64,000 nt of DNA, taken from IMG/VR virus record IMGVR_UViG_3300034954_001721; one strand, written 5' to 3'. This DNA comes from a virus. Shown here one piece after another: positions 37,816 to 46,768 of this stretch. Within the stretch, counting starts at the first letter, position 1; each line of letters begins with the position of its first letter. The position numbers and the translations under genes are program-made. A model generated the notes under the pieces. The model saw nothing but the letters and a program-made list of their open reading frames with translations, was not told the origin of the DNA and searched no databases.

Positions 37816-40800
37816 ATGTCTAGATATATCTCAGGTCGCTATAAAAAAACTCCCCAATCGGGATTAACTACCGATAGATATAGATATTTGTCTCCAGGTG
37901 ATTCTGAACCAAATTTAGGTAATCCTCCTCCTGGAGGTACTCCTAATATTCCTGCTGGAGAACAATATCAAATAATATCTATTATTGGTGATGATAATCA
38001 AATAAATCGATATTGGATTCCTGTTCAGGGAGGTATTATTCCTGGATCAATTAGTGTATTTGAAGAAAGTGAACTTGTTGGTACTGCTAGTAGTATTACA
38101 CAACTTGATTTTATTGGTAATTCTATAACTGCTGTAGCAGATCCTTATATTGAAGGTGTTAGTGTAGGTACTCTTGCAACAATAACAGTTGCACCTCCTG
38201 GAAATAATAATTCAGTATTATTCAAAAGTAGTGATGATTTTGCCACAGATACTAGATTTACTTTTAATGATGGATTATTTGCTGCTGGTGATAGAATAAC
38301 TGTAGGAACGGGAGGAACATTTGTAACAACAGACTTAAACGGTTTTGTTGGTATTTCAACTATAGATCCAACTCAGAGATTACATCTTGATGGAAATTTT
38401 AGAATCACAGGAACAATTTATGATTCTAATAATCAACCTGGTAGTACGGGAGATTTAATAGTAAAAACTGCAACTGGTGGTCTTTTGTGGGTTACACCAC
38501 AATCAGTAATTTCTGGTGCCGGTGGAACTATAGGTCAAATTCAGTTTCATAATACTGCTGGTCTTGTAGACGGAGCAGAAAAGTTTTATTATGATTTTAA
38601 TAATGATCGTGTTGGTATCGGAAGCACAATACCGACACAATTATTGGATGTTCTTGGAGTATCTACCTTTAGTGGTGGTGTCAATATTGATACTTTAACC
38701 GTAACCCAAAATTCAACATTTGAAAAGAATTTAGATGTTGATCAAAAATTAACAGTAGATGGTTTAGCGGATTTAGATGAACTCAAAGTTACAGGAATTG
38801 CAACTTTTGATAATATAATTGAAGCTAAAAAAGATTTAGATGTAGATGGTCATACGGAACTTGATAATTTAGGTGTATCTGGTATAGCAACTTTTAGTAG
38901 TGAATTACAAGTTGACGCTACAGGAAACTTAAATGTACTTGGACCCTCTGTTGGTGTTGCAGTAACACTTGCCGGTAATGCTGGTATCACAACAACTGGA
39001 GGAGACCTTTATGTTGGTGGTGATTTATACATCAAAGATGATTTAACCTTTGATAATTTAACAGCAAACACTGGTACTTTTAATACCTCTTTAGATATTC
39101 AAGGAATTACAACAACTGATACGTTAAAAGTAGGGACAAATCCAACGGTCAGCATCACATCAATACTTGATGAAGATGACATGTCATCTGATAGTGCCAC
39201 CGCACTTGCCACTCAGCAATCAATTAAGGCATATGTAGATAATCAAATTACCGCTCAAGATTTAGACTTTGCGGGAGATAGTGGAAATGGTTCCGTTGAT
39301 CTTGATAGTGAGACGTTTAAAATTGAAGGAACCACAAATGAAATTGTAACTGTAGGTAATGGAACTACTTTAACAATTGGTTTACCTGATGATGTTACTG
39401 TTTCTGGAAATCTTACAGTAAATGGTAATACAACACTTGGTAATGATGTAAATTCTGATACTGTATCTTTTGGTTCTCGTGTAATTAGTGATATTAATCC
39501 TAAAACTAATAATGGTGTGAATTTAGGATCTGCTAATCTAAGATGGAATAATGTTTATGCAACTACGTTTAATGGTGCTTTCCAAGGAACTGCTGATATT
39601 GCTAAGAAGTTAGAAACTCCTAGAGAAATTTCTTTTGGAACTGATGTTGTTGCGGTAGGAAAAACTTTTGATGGAACTCAAAATGTAGGATTCGCACTTA
39701 CATTAACAACTACTGGTGTCGAACAAGGAACTTATGGTTCTTCAACTCAAGTTGGTATTGTTACTGTTGACACTAAAGGTAGAATAACAGCAGCATCTAA
39801 TGTTGATATTAACTTTGCTGATGCTAGTGTTGATATTGCTAACAAATTAAAAACACCTAGAACATTTACTTTAGGTGAAGGTACCAATGATGATATTGTT
39901 GCAGTAGGAAAAACTTTTGATGGAACTGAAAATGTAGGATTTGCACTCACCCTAAAGGACGTTGGTCCTGGTGCAGGAGATTATGGTGGAGATAATAAAT
40001 TAGTATCCTTAACATTAGATGATAAAGGTAGAGTTACTGGAGTTACAAGTACTAATATTAATTTTGGCAATGCTAATGTTGCAACTGCCGATTCATTAAC
40101 TAATTCTAGAAATATTGAGGCAACAGGTGATATTACATGGAATGTTGACTTCAAAGGTCATGAAGATGTAACTGCAGCAGCAACACTGGCAGATACTGCT
40201 GTATCAGCAGGTGATTATGGATCTGGAACTCAAGTTGGAACATTTTCTGTTGACAGTAAAGGAAGATTAACAGCAGCATCTAATGTTGATATTAACTTTG
40301 CTGATGCTAGTGTCGGTTTTGCAACTATTGCTGGATACGCACATACTGCAGGTATAGCAACTATTGCTGGATACGCACATACTGCAGGTATAGCAACTGT
40401 TGCAGAATATGCAGATAATGCAGGTATAGCAACTAACTTAAAAGGTGGTGGTGCGTATCAAATTCCTTATCAAAGTGATGTTGATACAACACAATTTATT
40501 GCCAATGGAAGTGTAACTGGTCAATTACTTCAGTATAATCAAGGTTCAGCACCATCTTGGGTGAGTGCAACGGACTTAACTGCAGGAGTAGCAAATAGTC
40601 TTTCAGGTGGTGCAGCAGGAAGCATACCATATCAAACTGGTCCAGGAGTAACCACATTCCTTGGAGAACCTGATGCAGATAATAGGGTTCTCACTTACAA
40701 CAATACTAGTGAAGCACCAGAATGGAAAGATATATCCACTTTTGCTGGGGTTGGATATACAATAGAAGCGGCAGATGATGGTGACAATGCTAAAATTGTG

Positions 40801-43800
40801 CTGACTGACGGTGGAACAGGAATTTCTTCCATCAAAGTTACTGCTGGTTCTAATATTACTATTGACCCTGCAGATTCGACTGGATTTACTATTTCTGCTG
40901 TTAATGGTGCTGGAGTTGGTATTGCTGCTAGTGCTAGTGATATATTAAATGCAGTTGATGGTAATATTGGTGGTATTGATGCTGGTGCCGATAAGATTGT
41001 TTTCTATGATGATAGTGAAAACAAGTTAACTTACTTGACTGCAGGAAGTGGATTAACGATAGATAATACTACTATTAGTGTAGATAGTGACGCAGGTAAA
41101 ACTTACGATTTAACTGTTGAACAAACTGCTGGTAATAATGATGATCCTGCAATTAGATTAAGTGATGGAACTACCAATGATGATATTACAATCACTGGTG
41201 GTTCTAATATTACAGTTACAAGAAACTCTGGTACACAACTTACCATTGATGCTGTTGCTGGTGCTGGAATTGGTATTGCCGTTAGTGCTAGTGATGTATT
41301 AAAAGTTGATACTGCTCAAATTGATGCTGTTGATGCTGGTGCCGATAAAATTGTTTTTTACGATGATAGTGAAGAGAAGTTAACTTACTTAACTTTAGGA
41401 AATGGATTAACGATTACCGATGATACATTAAATGCATCAAGTAATTCTCAATATGCTGAGGTTGCTGGATATGCACATACTGCAGGTATATCGACATACA
41501 CATCAGAATGGATATTAGGTGCTAATGGAATTAATCATTATACATTCACTGGTCCAGGTTTAATTGGTGCAGAGAATGATCCAAAAATCTATCTGGTTAG
41601 AGGTCAGCAGTACAAGTTTACCAATAATATGAATGCTCATCCTTTTAGGATTCAGAGCACTGCAAATGGATCTGCTGGAACACAATATAATGATGGAATT
41701 GTTAATAATGATATACAGAATGGTACTTTAACTTGGAATGTTCAGTTTGATGCTCCTCCTACATTATATTATCAGTGTACTTCTCATCCAAATATGGGTG
41801 GTGAAATTGTTATTTTAGAATCTGGTAGTGGAGATACAAACACAACGTATGATTTAGAAACGGAAGCAGACGGTACTGATATAAAAATAAAACTGGTAGG
41901 TAGTGATAATAATACTGGTATTGTTACTATTACTGCAGGAAATAATATTACTCTTACCGACAACGGTGATAGTTTTACCATTGATGCTGCAAATAGTGGA
42001 TCGGGTACATTAACAGATATTGATGTAAAACTATATTCGGATAATAATACGCCAAGAACAGAGTATGGATGCAGTAATCCAATTGATGTAACAATTACTG
42101 CTGGAATTGCAACGATTGGAATTGGAACTACAAGTAATGCATACGGAAAGCGTTATGTAGGAACCACAGAACCAACTGTAGATGTTTGTGATGGTGATAT
42201 TTGGTATGATACTAGTGCTGGTAGTGGATCTAATTTTAGTTCAGATCCTGTAGGAACTATTGTTGCTTGGGCTGGTTCAGTTGCAAGTATTCCTAATGGA
42301 TATCAACTTTGTGATGGTACTTCAGTACAATCATTAGCACTTCAAGATATTGTAGGACCTAATGTTCCTGACTTAAGAGATAGATTTATTATTGGTGCTA
42401 CTGATGGAGGTGATAATACATATCCTGGTATTGGTATTGGTTCTACTGGTGGTGCTGCTACTCATACATTAACAGTTGATGAGATGCCATCTCATAATCA
42501 TCCATTTAGTAATGGTGATTATTATTGGATAGGAGATAGCAGTGCAAGTCCAGATTTTAGTTGGAATACTGGTTCAGTTTACGAGGTATCAACTTCTTCT
42601 TCAATATCATCTCAAGGTGGTGGACAAGCACATAATAACCTCCCACCATATTATGCTCTCTGCTATATTATCAAGCATAGTGCAACTGATAGTGGCAATG
42701 TCGGCATTAGTAGCGATAAAATTACAGAAGGAAACACAGAAGCAGAAGTCGTTGATACTGGAACTGATGGGCACTTTAAGGTTACAACTGAGGGTACAGA
42801 AAGATTCCGTATTGGATCTAATGGACAAATTGGTCTTGGTGGTGCTAACTATGGAACTCCTGGTCAGGTATTAACTTCTGGTGGTGCTGGTGCAGGTGTT
42901 ACTTGGGCAGACCAAACTAGTGGTGCTAGTGGTAGTGGAACTTTAACAGATATTGATGTAAAACAATATGCGGATAATAATACGCCAAGAACAGAATATG
43001 GGTGTAGTAATCCGATTGAAGTGACAATTTCTGCCGGAATTGCTACAATAGGAATTGGGTCTACGAGTAATGCATTTGGAAAACGTTATATAGGATCCAC
43101 AGAACCAACAGTAGATGTTTGTGATGGTGATATTTGGTATGATACTAATACTACTGGTGGTGCTGGTTCTAGTAGTTCTGGTGGTGGTTCTTTAGTAAAA
43201 CATGGAACAGTAACAATCGATACACCATCTTCAATAACGGAAGCAGCATTTACTAATATTCCATCTACTGCCAAGAAAATCACCGTATCTCTGTATAGGT
43301 TTGGTTACAATACTCTAGATGGTACTAGTGATGATATTATTATGGAGGTTGGTGATAGTAGTGGATATGCTAACAGTGGATATCAATCAGCTTTTGATAG
43401 TGTAGATGTTGCTGGTAATCTAGGTGGAAATCAACTAACTACTGCTTATGGACTTGCTGATGATACAAGTATTTCTTATGACTATAACATTACTATAGAA
43501 TTAGTAAATGTAACTGGAAACAGTTGGACTATTTCACATCAAGGTGGAGATAGTACTGATAAATCAATCCATGGTGGTGGTAGTATAACACTATCAAACG
43601 CACTTGATAAACTAAGAATAAAAACTCAAAATGGTCGATATCTTTCCCCCGGTGGACCCCAGGGGAACCAGAATGGATATGTAACTGTTCATTATGAGAC
43701 CGAAGGTAGTGGTGGTGGTTCTAGTAGTTCTGGTGGTAGTTCTTTAGTAAAACTTGGAACAGTAGATGCCACTTCTAGTACTGCAGCAGCATTTACCAAT

Positions 43801-44433
43801 ATTCCGTCTACTGCCAAGAAAATCACAGTATCTATACATAGAGCCAATTTTAATGGAACTAGTAATATTGGCTTCCTTAATATGGAAGTTGGTGATAGTA
43901 GTGGATATATTCAGTCTGGATATGAATCAAGTTATGAACTTCGAGACCAGACATCAGATGCATCAAGAACTACTTATTTTTATGGTTTGGGTTCTCATAT
44001 TAATGATACCGATGATTACTCTTACAATATAGAATTAGTAAATATAACTGGAAATAAGTGGACTATTTCTCATGTAGGTCATAGCAACCAATCAACTGGG
44101 CAAATTTCTCATGGTGCTGGTAGTATACAATTAACGAATGCTCTTGATAAACTTAGAATACAAACTTATACACCTGGTGGTTCGGGATACACAGCACAAA
44201 CTTTTGATTCTGGAGAGGTAACCGTTTATTATGAGACCGAAGGTGGTGGTAGTAGTTCTAGTGGTGGTTCTGAGGGTACTGATGCTGGTCAAGGATTCTT
44301 CGAAAATGATACCACCTTAAATAGTTCCAAGACATTACCTGCAAACAAAAACGTTGGTATATTTGGTCCATACACCATTGGAAATAATGTTACTTTGACT
44401 GTCCCAACAGGAACAACATTCACTGTCGTATAA
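37816..44433 (+). CDS. Long tail fibre protein (2205 aa) with tail-collar domain and internal repeats
   Basis: VGIGST repeats, VDxKGRITAAS repeats, collar PVGTIVAWAG...YQLCDG...PDLRDRFIIG...HNNLPPYYALCYIIK. Confidence 0.8.
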   Translation: MSRYISGRYKKTPQSGLTTDRYRYLSPGDSEPNLGNPPPGGTPNIPAGEQYQIISIIGDDNQINRYWIPVQGGIIPGSISVFEESELVGTASSITQLDFIGNSITAVADPYIEGVSVGTLATITVAPPGNNNSVLFKSSDDFATDTRFTFNDGLFAAGDRITVGTGGTFVTTDLNGFVGISTIDPTQRLHLDGNFRITGTIYDSNNQPGSTGDLIVKTATGGLLWVTPQSVISGAGGTIGQIQFHNTAGLVDGAEKFYYDFNNDRVGIGSTIPTQLLDVLGVSTFSGGVNIDTLTVTQNSTFEKNLDVDQKLTVDGLADLDELKVTGIATFDNIIEAKKDLDVDGHTELDNLGVSGIATFSSELQVDATGNLNVLGPSVGVAVTLAGNAGITTTGGDLYVGGDLYIKDDLTFDNLTANTGTFNTSLDIQGITTTDTLKVGTNPTVSITSILDEDDMSSDSATALATQQSIKAYVDNQITAQDLDFAGDSGNGSVDLDSETFKIEGTTNEIVTVGNGTTLTIGLPDDVTVSGNLTVNGNTTLGNDVNSDTVSFGSRVISDINPKTNNGVNLGSANLRWNNVYATTFNGAFQGTADIAKKLETPREISFGTDVVAVGKTFDGTQNVGFALTLTTTGVEQGTYGSSTQVGIVTVDTKGRITAASNVDINFADASVDIANKLKTPRTFTLGEGTNDDIVAVGKTFDGTENVGFALTLKDVGPGAGDYGGDNKLVSLTLDDKGRVTGVTSTNINFGNANVATADSLTNSRNIEATGDITWNVDFKGHEDVTAAATLADTAVSAGDYGSGTQVGTFSVDSKGRLTAASNVDINFADASVGFATIAGYAHTAGIATIAGYAHTAGIATVAEYADNAGIATNLKGGGAYQIPYQSDVDTTQFIANGSVTGQLLQYNQGSAPSWVSATDLTAGVANSLSGGAAGSIPYQTGPGVTTFLGEPDADNRVLTYNNTSEAPEWKDISTFAGVGYTIEAADDGDNAKIVLTDGGTGISSIKVTAGSNITIDPADSTGFTISAVNGAGVGIAASASDILNAVDGNIGGIDAGADKIVFYDDSENKLTYLTAGSGLTIDNTTISVDSDAGKTYDLTVEQTAGNNDDPAIRLSDGTTNDDITITGGSNITVTRNSGTQLTIDAVAGAGIGIAVSASDVLKVDTAQIDAVDAGADKIVFYDDSEEKLTYLTLGNGLTITDDTLNASSNSQYAEVAGYAHTAGISTYTSEWILGANGINHYTFTGPGLIGAENDPKIYLVRGQQYKFTNNMNAHPFRIQSTANGSAGTQYNDGIVNNDIQNGTLTWNVQFDAPPTLYYQCTSHPNMGGEIVILESGSGDTNTTYDLETEADGTDIKIKLVGSDNNTGIVTITAGNNITLTDNGDSFTIDAANSGSGTLTDIDVKLYSDNNTPRTEYGCSNPIDVTITAGIATIGIGTTSNAYGKRYVGTTEPTVDVCDGDIWYDTSAGSGSNFSSDPVGTIVAWAGSVASIPNGYQLCDGTSVQSLALQDIVGPNVPDLRDRFIIGATDGGDNTYPGIGIGSTGGAATHTLTVDEMPSHNHPFSNGDYYWIGDSSASPDFSWNTGSVYEVSTSSSISSQGGGQAHNNLPPYYALCYIIKHSATDSGNVGISSDKITEGNTEAEVVDTGTDGHFKVTTEGTERFRIGSNGQIGLGGANYGTPGQVLTSGGAGAGVTWADQTSGASGSGTLTDIDVKQYADNNTPRTEYGCSNPIEVTISAGIATIGIGSTSNAFGKRYIGSTEPTVDVCDGDIWYDTNTTGGAGSSSSGGGSLVKHGTVTIDTPSSITEAAFTNIPSTAKKITVSLYRFGYNTLDGTSDDIIMEVGDSSGYANSGYQSAFDSVDVAGNLGGNQLTTAYGLADDTSISYDYNITIELVNVTGNSWTISHQGGDSTDKSIHGGGSITLSNALDKLRIKTQNGRYLSPGGPQGNQNGYVTVHYETEGSGGGSSSSGGSSLVKLGTVDATSSTAAAFTNIPSTAKKITVSIHRANFNGTSNIGFLNMEVGDSSGYIQSGYESSYELRDQTSDASRTTYFYGLGSHINDTDDYSYNIELVNITGNKWTISHVGHSNQSTGQISHGAGSIQLTNALDKLRIQTYTPGGSGYTAQTFDSGEVTVYYETEGGGSSSSGGSEGTDAGQGFFENDTTLNSSKTLPANKNVGIFGPYTIGNNVTLTVPTGTTFTVV
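40321..40440 (+). repeat. 36-nt coding tandem repeat (ATIAGYAHTAGI)
   Basis: gcaactattgctggatacgcacatactgcaggtata x2 plus a degenerate copy; a further copy at about 41460. Confidence 0.8.
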
Positions 44434-44442
44434 GGAGGTAAT

Positions 44443-44952
44443 ATGGGAACTCTTAATGTATCAAACATAAACGCTACAGGAAATCTCAATCTTGGTGGTT
44501 CTTGGACTGATGCTCCTCCCGGAACTATTATTAAGGTTAGTTATGGTGAAGGTACAACACAAATGGCAACTACAGCAGCACAAACTTACTATACTATTCA
44601 TAGTGTAAATCACACTGCTCTTGCTACAAATAGTAAATATTTTTTAACAGCATATTGTCATGCTTGGGATGCAAGTGATAGCAGTCGCGCTAATCTTGGA
44701 TTTTCTGTAACAATTGGGGGAGTTGAAACACGTATTCAAGGTGTTGATGGTGGTAGTGGTGATTCTTGGGGAACTAATGCTTATCCAGGTGCTAATCTTA
44801 ATAGGTCTACTGTATATACATCAACTGCTGCTGCTGGAACTGTATTGACGTTTAATCTCATGGGTGCTGGTTGGGATACTAATGATACAAGATTCAATTA
44901 TACTGGATATGGTCATATATCAACTCTGACCATAATGGAAATTGAAACATAA
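44443..44952 (+). CDS. Small fibre-associated (adhesin-like) protein, paralogue 1
   Basis: MGTLNVSNI...GTIIKV...STLTIMEI; AAGGAGG SD. Confidence 0.6.
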   Translation: MGTLNVSNINATGNLNLGGSWTDAPPGTIIKVSYGEGTTQMATTAAQTYYTIHSVNHTALATNSKYFLTAYCHAWDASDSSRANLGFSVTIGGVETRIQGVDGGSGDSWGTNAYPGANLNRSTVYTSTAAAGTVLTFNLMGAGWDTNDTRFNYTGYGHISTLTIMEIET

Positions 44953-44976
44953 ATAAAAATAAAAATAAAAATCATT

Positions 44977-45342
44977 ATGAAGTACGATATTCCATCAGCA
45001 TTACAAGTACTTACACCAGGAGCAGAATGGGTGCTTCGTGGTGATTCGTATTCTGGTTTGGAGTGGATTGATGGTCACGGACAAGATAAACCAACTCAAG
45101 CAGCAATTACTGCTAAAATCACAGAATTAGATAATGCAGAAGCAATGAAACTTCTGCGAGAAGAGAGAGATAGAAGAATTGCAAAGACTGATTGGAGAGC
45201 ATCATCAGACCTTACACTTTCTTCAGAGTGGTCTACTTATAGGCAAGCACTTCGTGACCTTCCTTCTACAGCAACTCCAACCTTAGATGCTAGTTATAAC
45301 TTAGATCTTACTTCTGTTACTTGGCCTACTGAACCTTCTTGA
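44977..45342 (+). CDS. Tail fibre assembly chaperone-like protein
   Basis: LREERDRRIAKTDW...W.TYRQALRDLP...WP.EP. Confidence 0.75.
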   Translation: MKYDIPSALQVLTPGAEWVLRGDSYSGLEWIDGHGQDKPTQAAITAKITELDNAEAMKLLREERDRRIAKTDWRASSDLTLSSEWSTYRQALRDLPSTATPTLDASYNLDLTSVTWPTEPS

Positions 45343-45343
45343 T

Positions 45344-45874
45344 ATGACTTCGCAAATTAGAGTAGATAGTATTGTACCAACAACTGGTGTACCTACTGGT
45401 GGTGGAGGAGGTATTGTTCAAGTAGTATCAAATACAAAGACTGATACTGCAAGTGTTAGTGGACTTACTTTTGGAGATGTGGGATTATCAGCAACCATTA
45501 CCCCTAAATCCTCTAGTAATAAAATTTTAATATTAGTACAAGCAAATATTGGTTCTAGTGTTGGATATAGTATGAAGGCCAGATTGATGAGAGATAGTAC
45601 TGCTATCCATATTGGTGATGCTGATGGTAACCGACCACGAGCAACTACAGAAGTCAGTCAAACTTATGGGAACACAATCACCTACAATGCCGACCAGGCA
45701 AATATGATATTCTTGGATTCTCCGGCAACCACATCACAAGTTACATATAAAATACAAATGGCATCATATAGTAGTTATATAGTTTATATAAATCGAAATG
45801 GTGCCGACTTGGATACATCAAGTTATGATGCTAGCACAGCTTCTTCAATAACATTAATGGAGGTATCGGCATGA
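45344..45874 (+). CDS. Small fibre-associated (adhesin-like) protein, paralogue 2
   Basis: GGIVQVV, LSATITPKSSSNKILI, LDSPATTSQVTYKIQ, SSITLMEV. Confidence 0.65.
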   Translation: MTSQIRVDSIVPTTGVPTGGGGGIVQVVSNTKTDTASVSGLTFGDVGLSATITPKSSSNKILILVQANIGSSVGYSMKARLMRDSTAIHIGDADGNRPRATTEVSQTYGNTITYNADQANMIFLDSPATTSQVTYKIQMASYSSYIVYINRNGADLDTSSYDASTASSITLMEVSA

Positions 45875-46164
45875 GTTATAATCACGAAGCAATATATCAA
45901 GTTCATACAAATGCCGTCAGGATTGATGATAGTCTTGGTGCATTTGATGCTGAGGGAAATAAAATATCTATAGATATTGATGCAGTTAATGCAGCTGCTG
46001 CAGAGATAGATGCTGCAAGAATTGTTGCTTATAAAAAAATGAGAAGGCATCAAGATTATATAAATGAATCAGATCCTCTATTCTTTAAGTATCAAAGAGG
46101 TGAAATTGAGAAATCTGTGTGGGAAGCAAAGGTAGCAGAAATAAAAAGTAGAACTTATTCATAA
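45871..46164 (+). CDS. Small chaperone-like protein of a fibre cassette
   Basis: RRHQDY..ESDPLFFKYQRGE....W..KV.EIK. Confidence 0.55.
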   Translation: MSYNHEAIYQVHTNAVRIDDSLGAFDAEGNKISIDIDAVNAAAAEIDAARIVAYKKMRRHQDYINESDPLFFKYQRGEIEKSVWEAKVAEIKSRTYS

Positions 46165-46185
46165 GGTAAAGGAGCATTCGGCATA

Positions 46186-46740
46186 ATGAGTACAATCAAG
46201 GTAGATAGAATAGAACCACAAGATGGTTTACAGAGCAATGCTATGGGAGGTATTGTTCAGGTTGTGCGTGCTGTTCATACCGGAACAGTAAGCGCAAGCA
46301 CATCAACTTATGTAAGCACTGGTCTACAGGCATCCATCACACCTAGATCAGCATCCAATAAAATTATGGTTTCATTTGAACATTCAATATATCATACCAC
46401 TCAAAATGCTGATGTATATACACTTCATGGTATAAGAATAAAAAGAGGTACTCAAGTAATTTACACACCAGTAACTTCTAATAGTGGTAATAGTACTAGT
46501 TCTGGTCCATATGATTTTGGTCTTTATCATTCACATACTACTGTTTCCGACAATTATTATCATAGATCTAGGGTAGAATATTTGGATAGTCCAGGTACAA
46601 CTGGTACTTTAACATATTCAACAGAACTCTCTTGTTTTGGTGGTCAAGGTGTTGTATATTCAAATTATGTTGATCCAACCCCTGGTGTTACAGCATCGGC
46701 ACCACAATCTTGGATGACTCTTGTTGAAATTACAGCATAA
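46186..46740 (+). CDS. Small fibre-associated (adhesin-like) protein, paralogue 3
   Basis: MSTIKVDRI, GGIVQVV, LQASITPRSASNKIMV, LDSPGTT. Confidence 0.65.
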   Translation: MSTIKVDRIEPQDGLQSNAMGGIVQVVRAVHTGTVSASTSTYVSTGLQASITPRSASNKIMVSFEHSIYHTTQNADVYTLHGIRIKRGTQVIYTPVTSNSGNSTSSGPYDFGLYHSHTTVSDNYYHRSRVEYLDSPGTTGTLTYSTELSCFGGQGVVYSNYVDPTPGVTASAPQSWMTLVEITA

Positions 46741-46768
46741 CAATAAATACAGGAAAGAATAATATAAG

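Noticed and set aside
43190-44240. Duplicated domain in the fibre as a possible DGR template/variable repeat pair
   Set aside because: Both copies are in-frame, differ by indels and at all bases rather than only adenines, and no reverse transcriptase is in the window.
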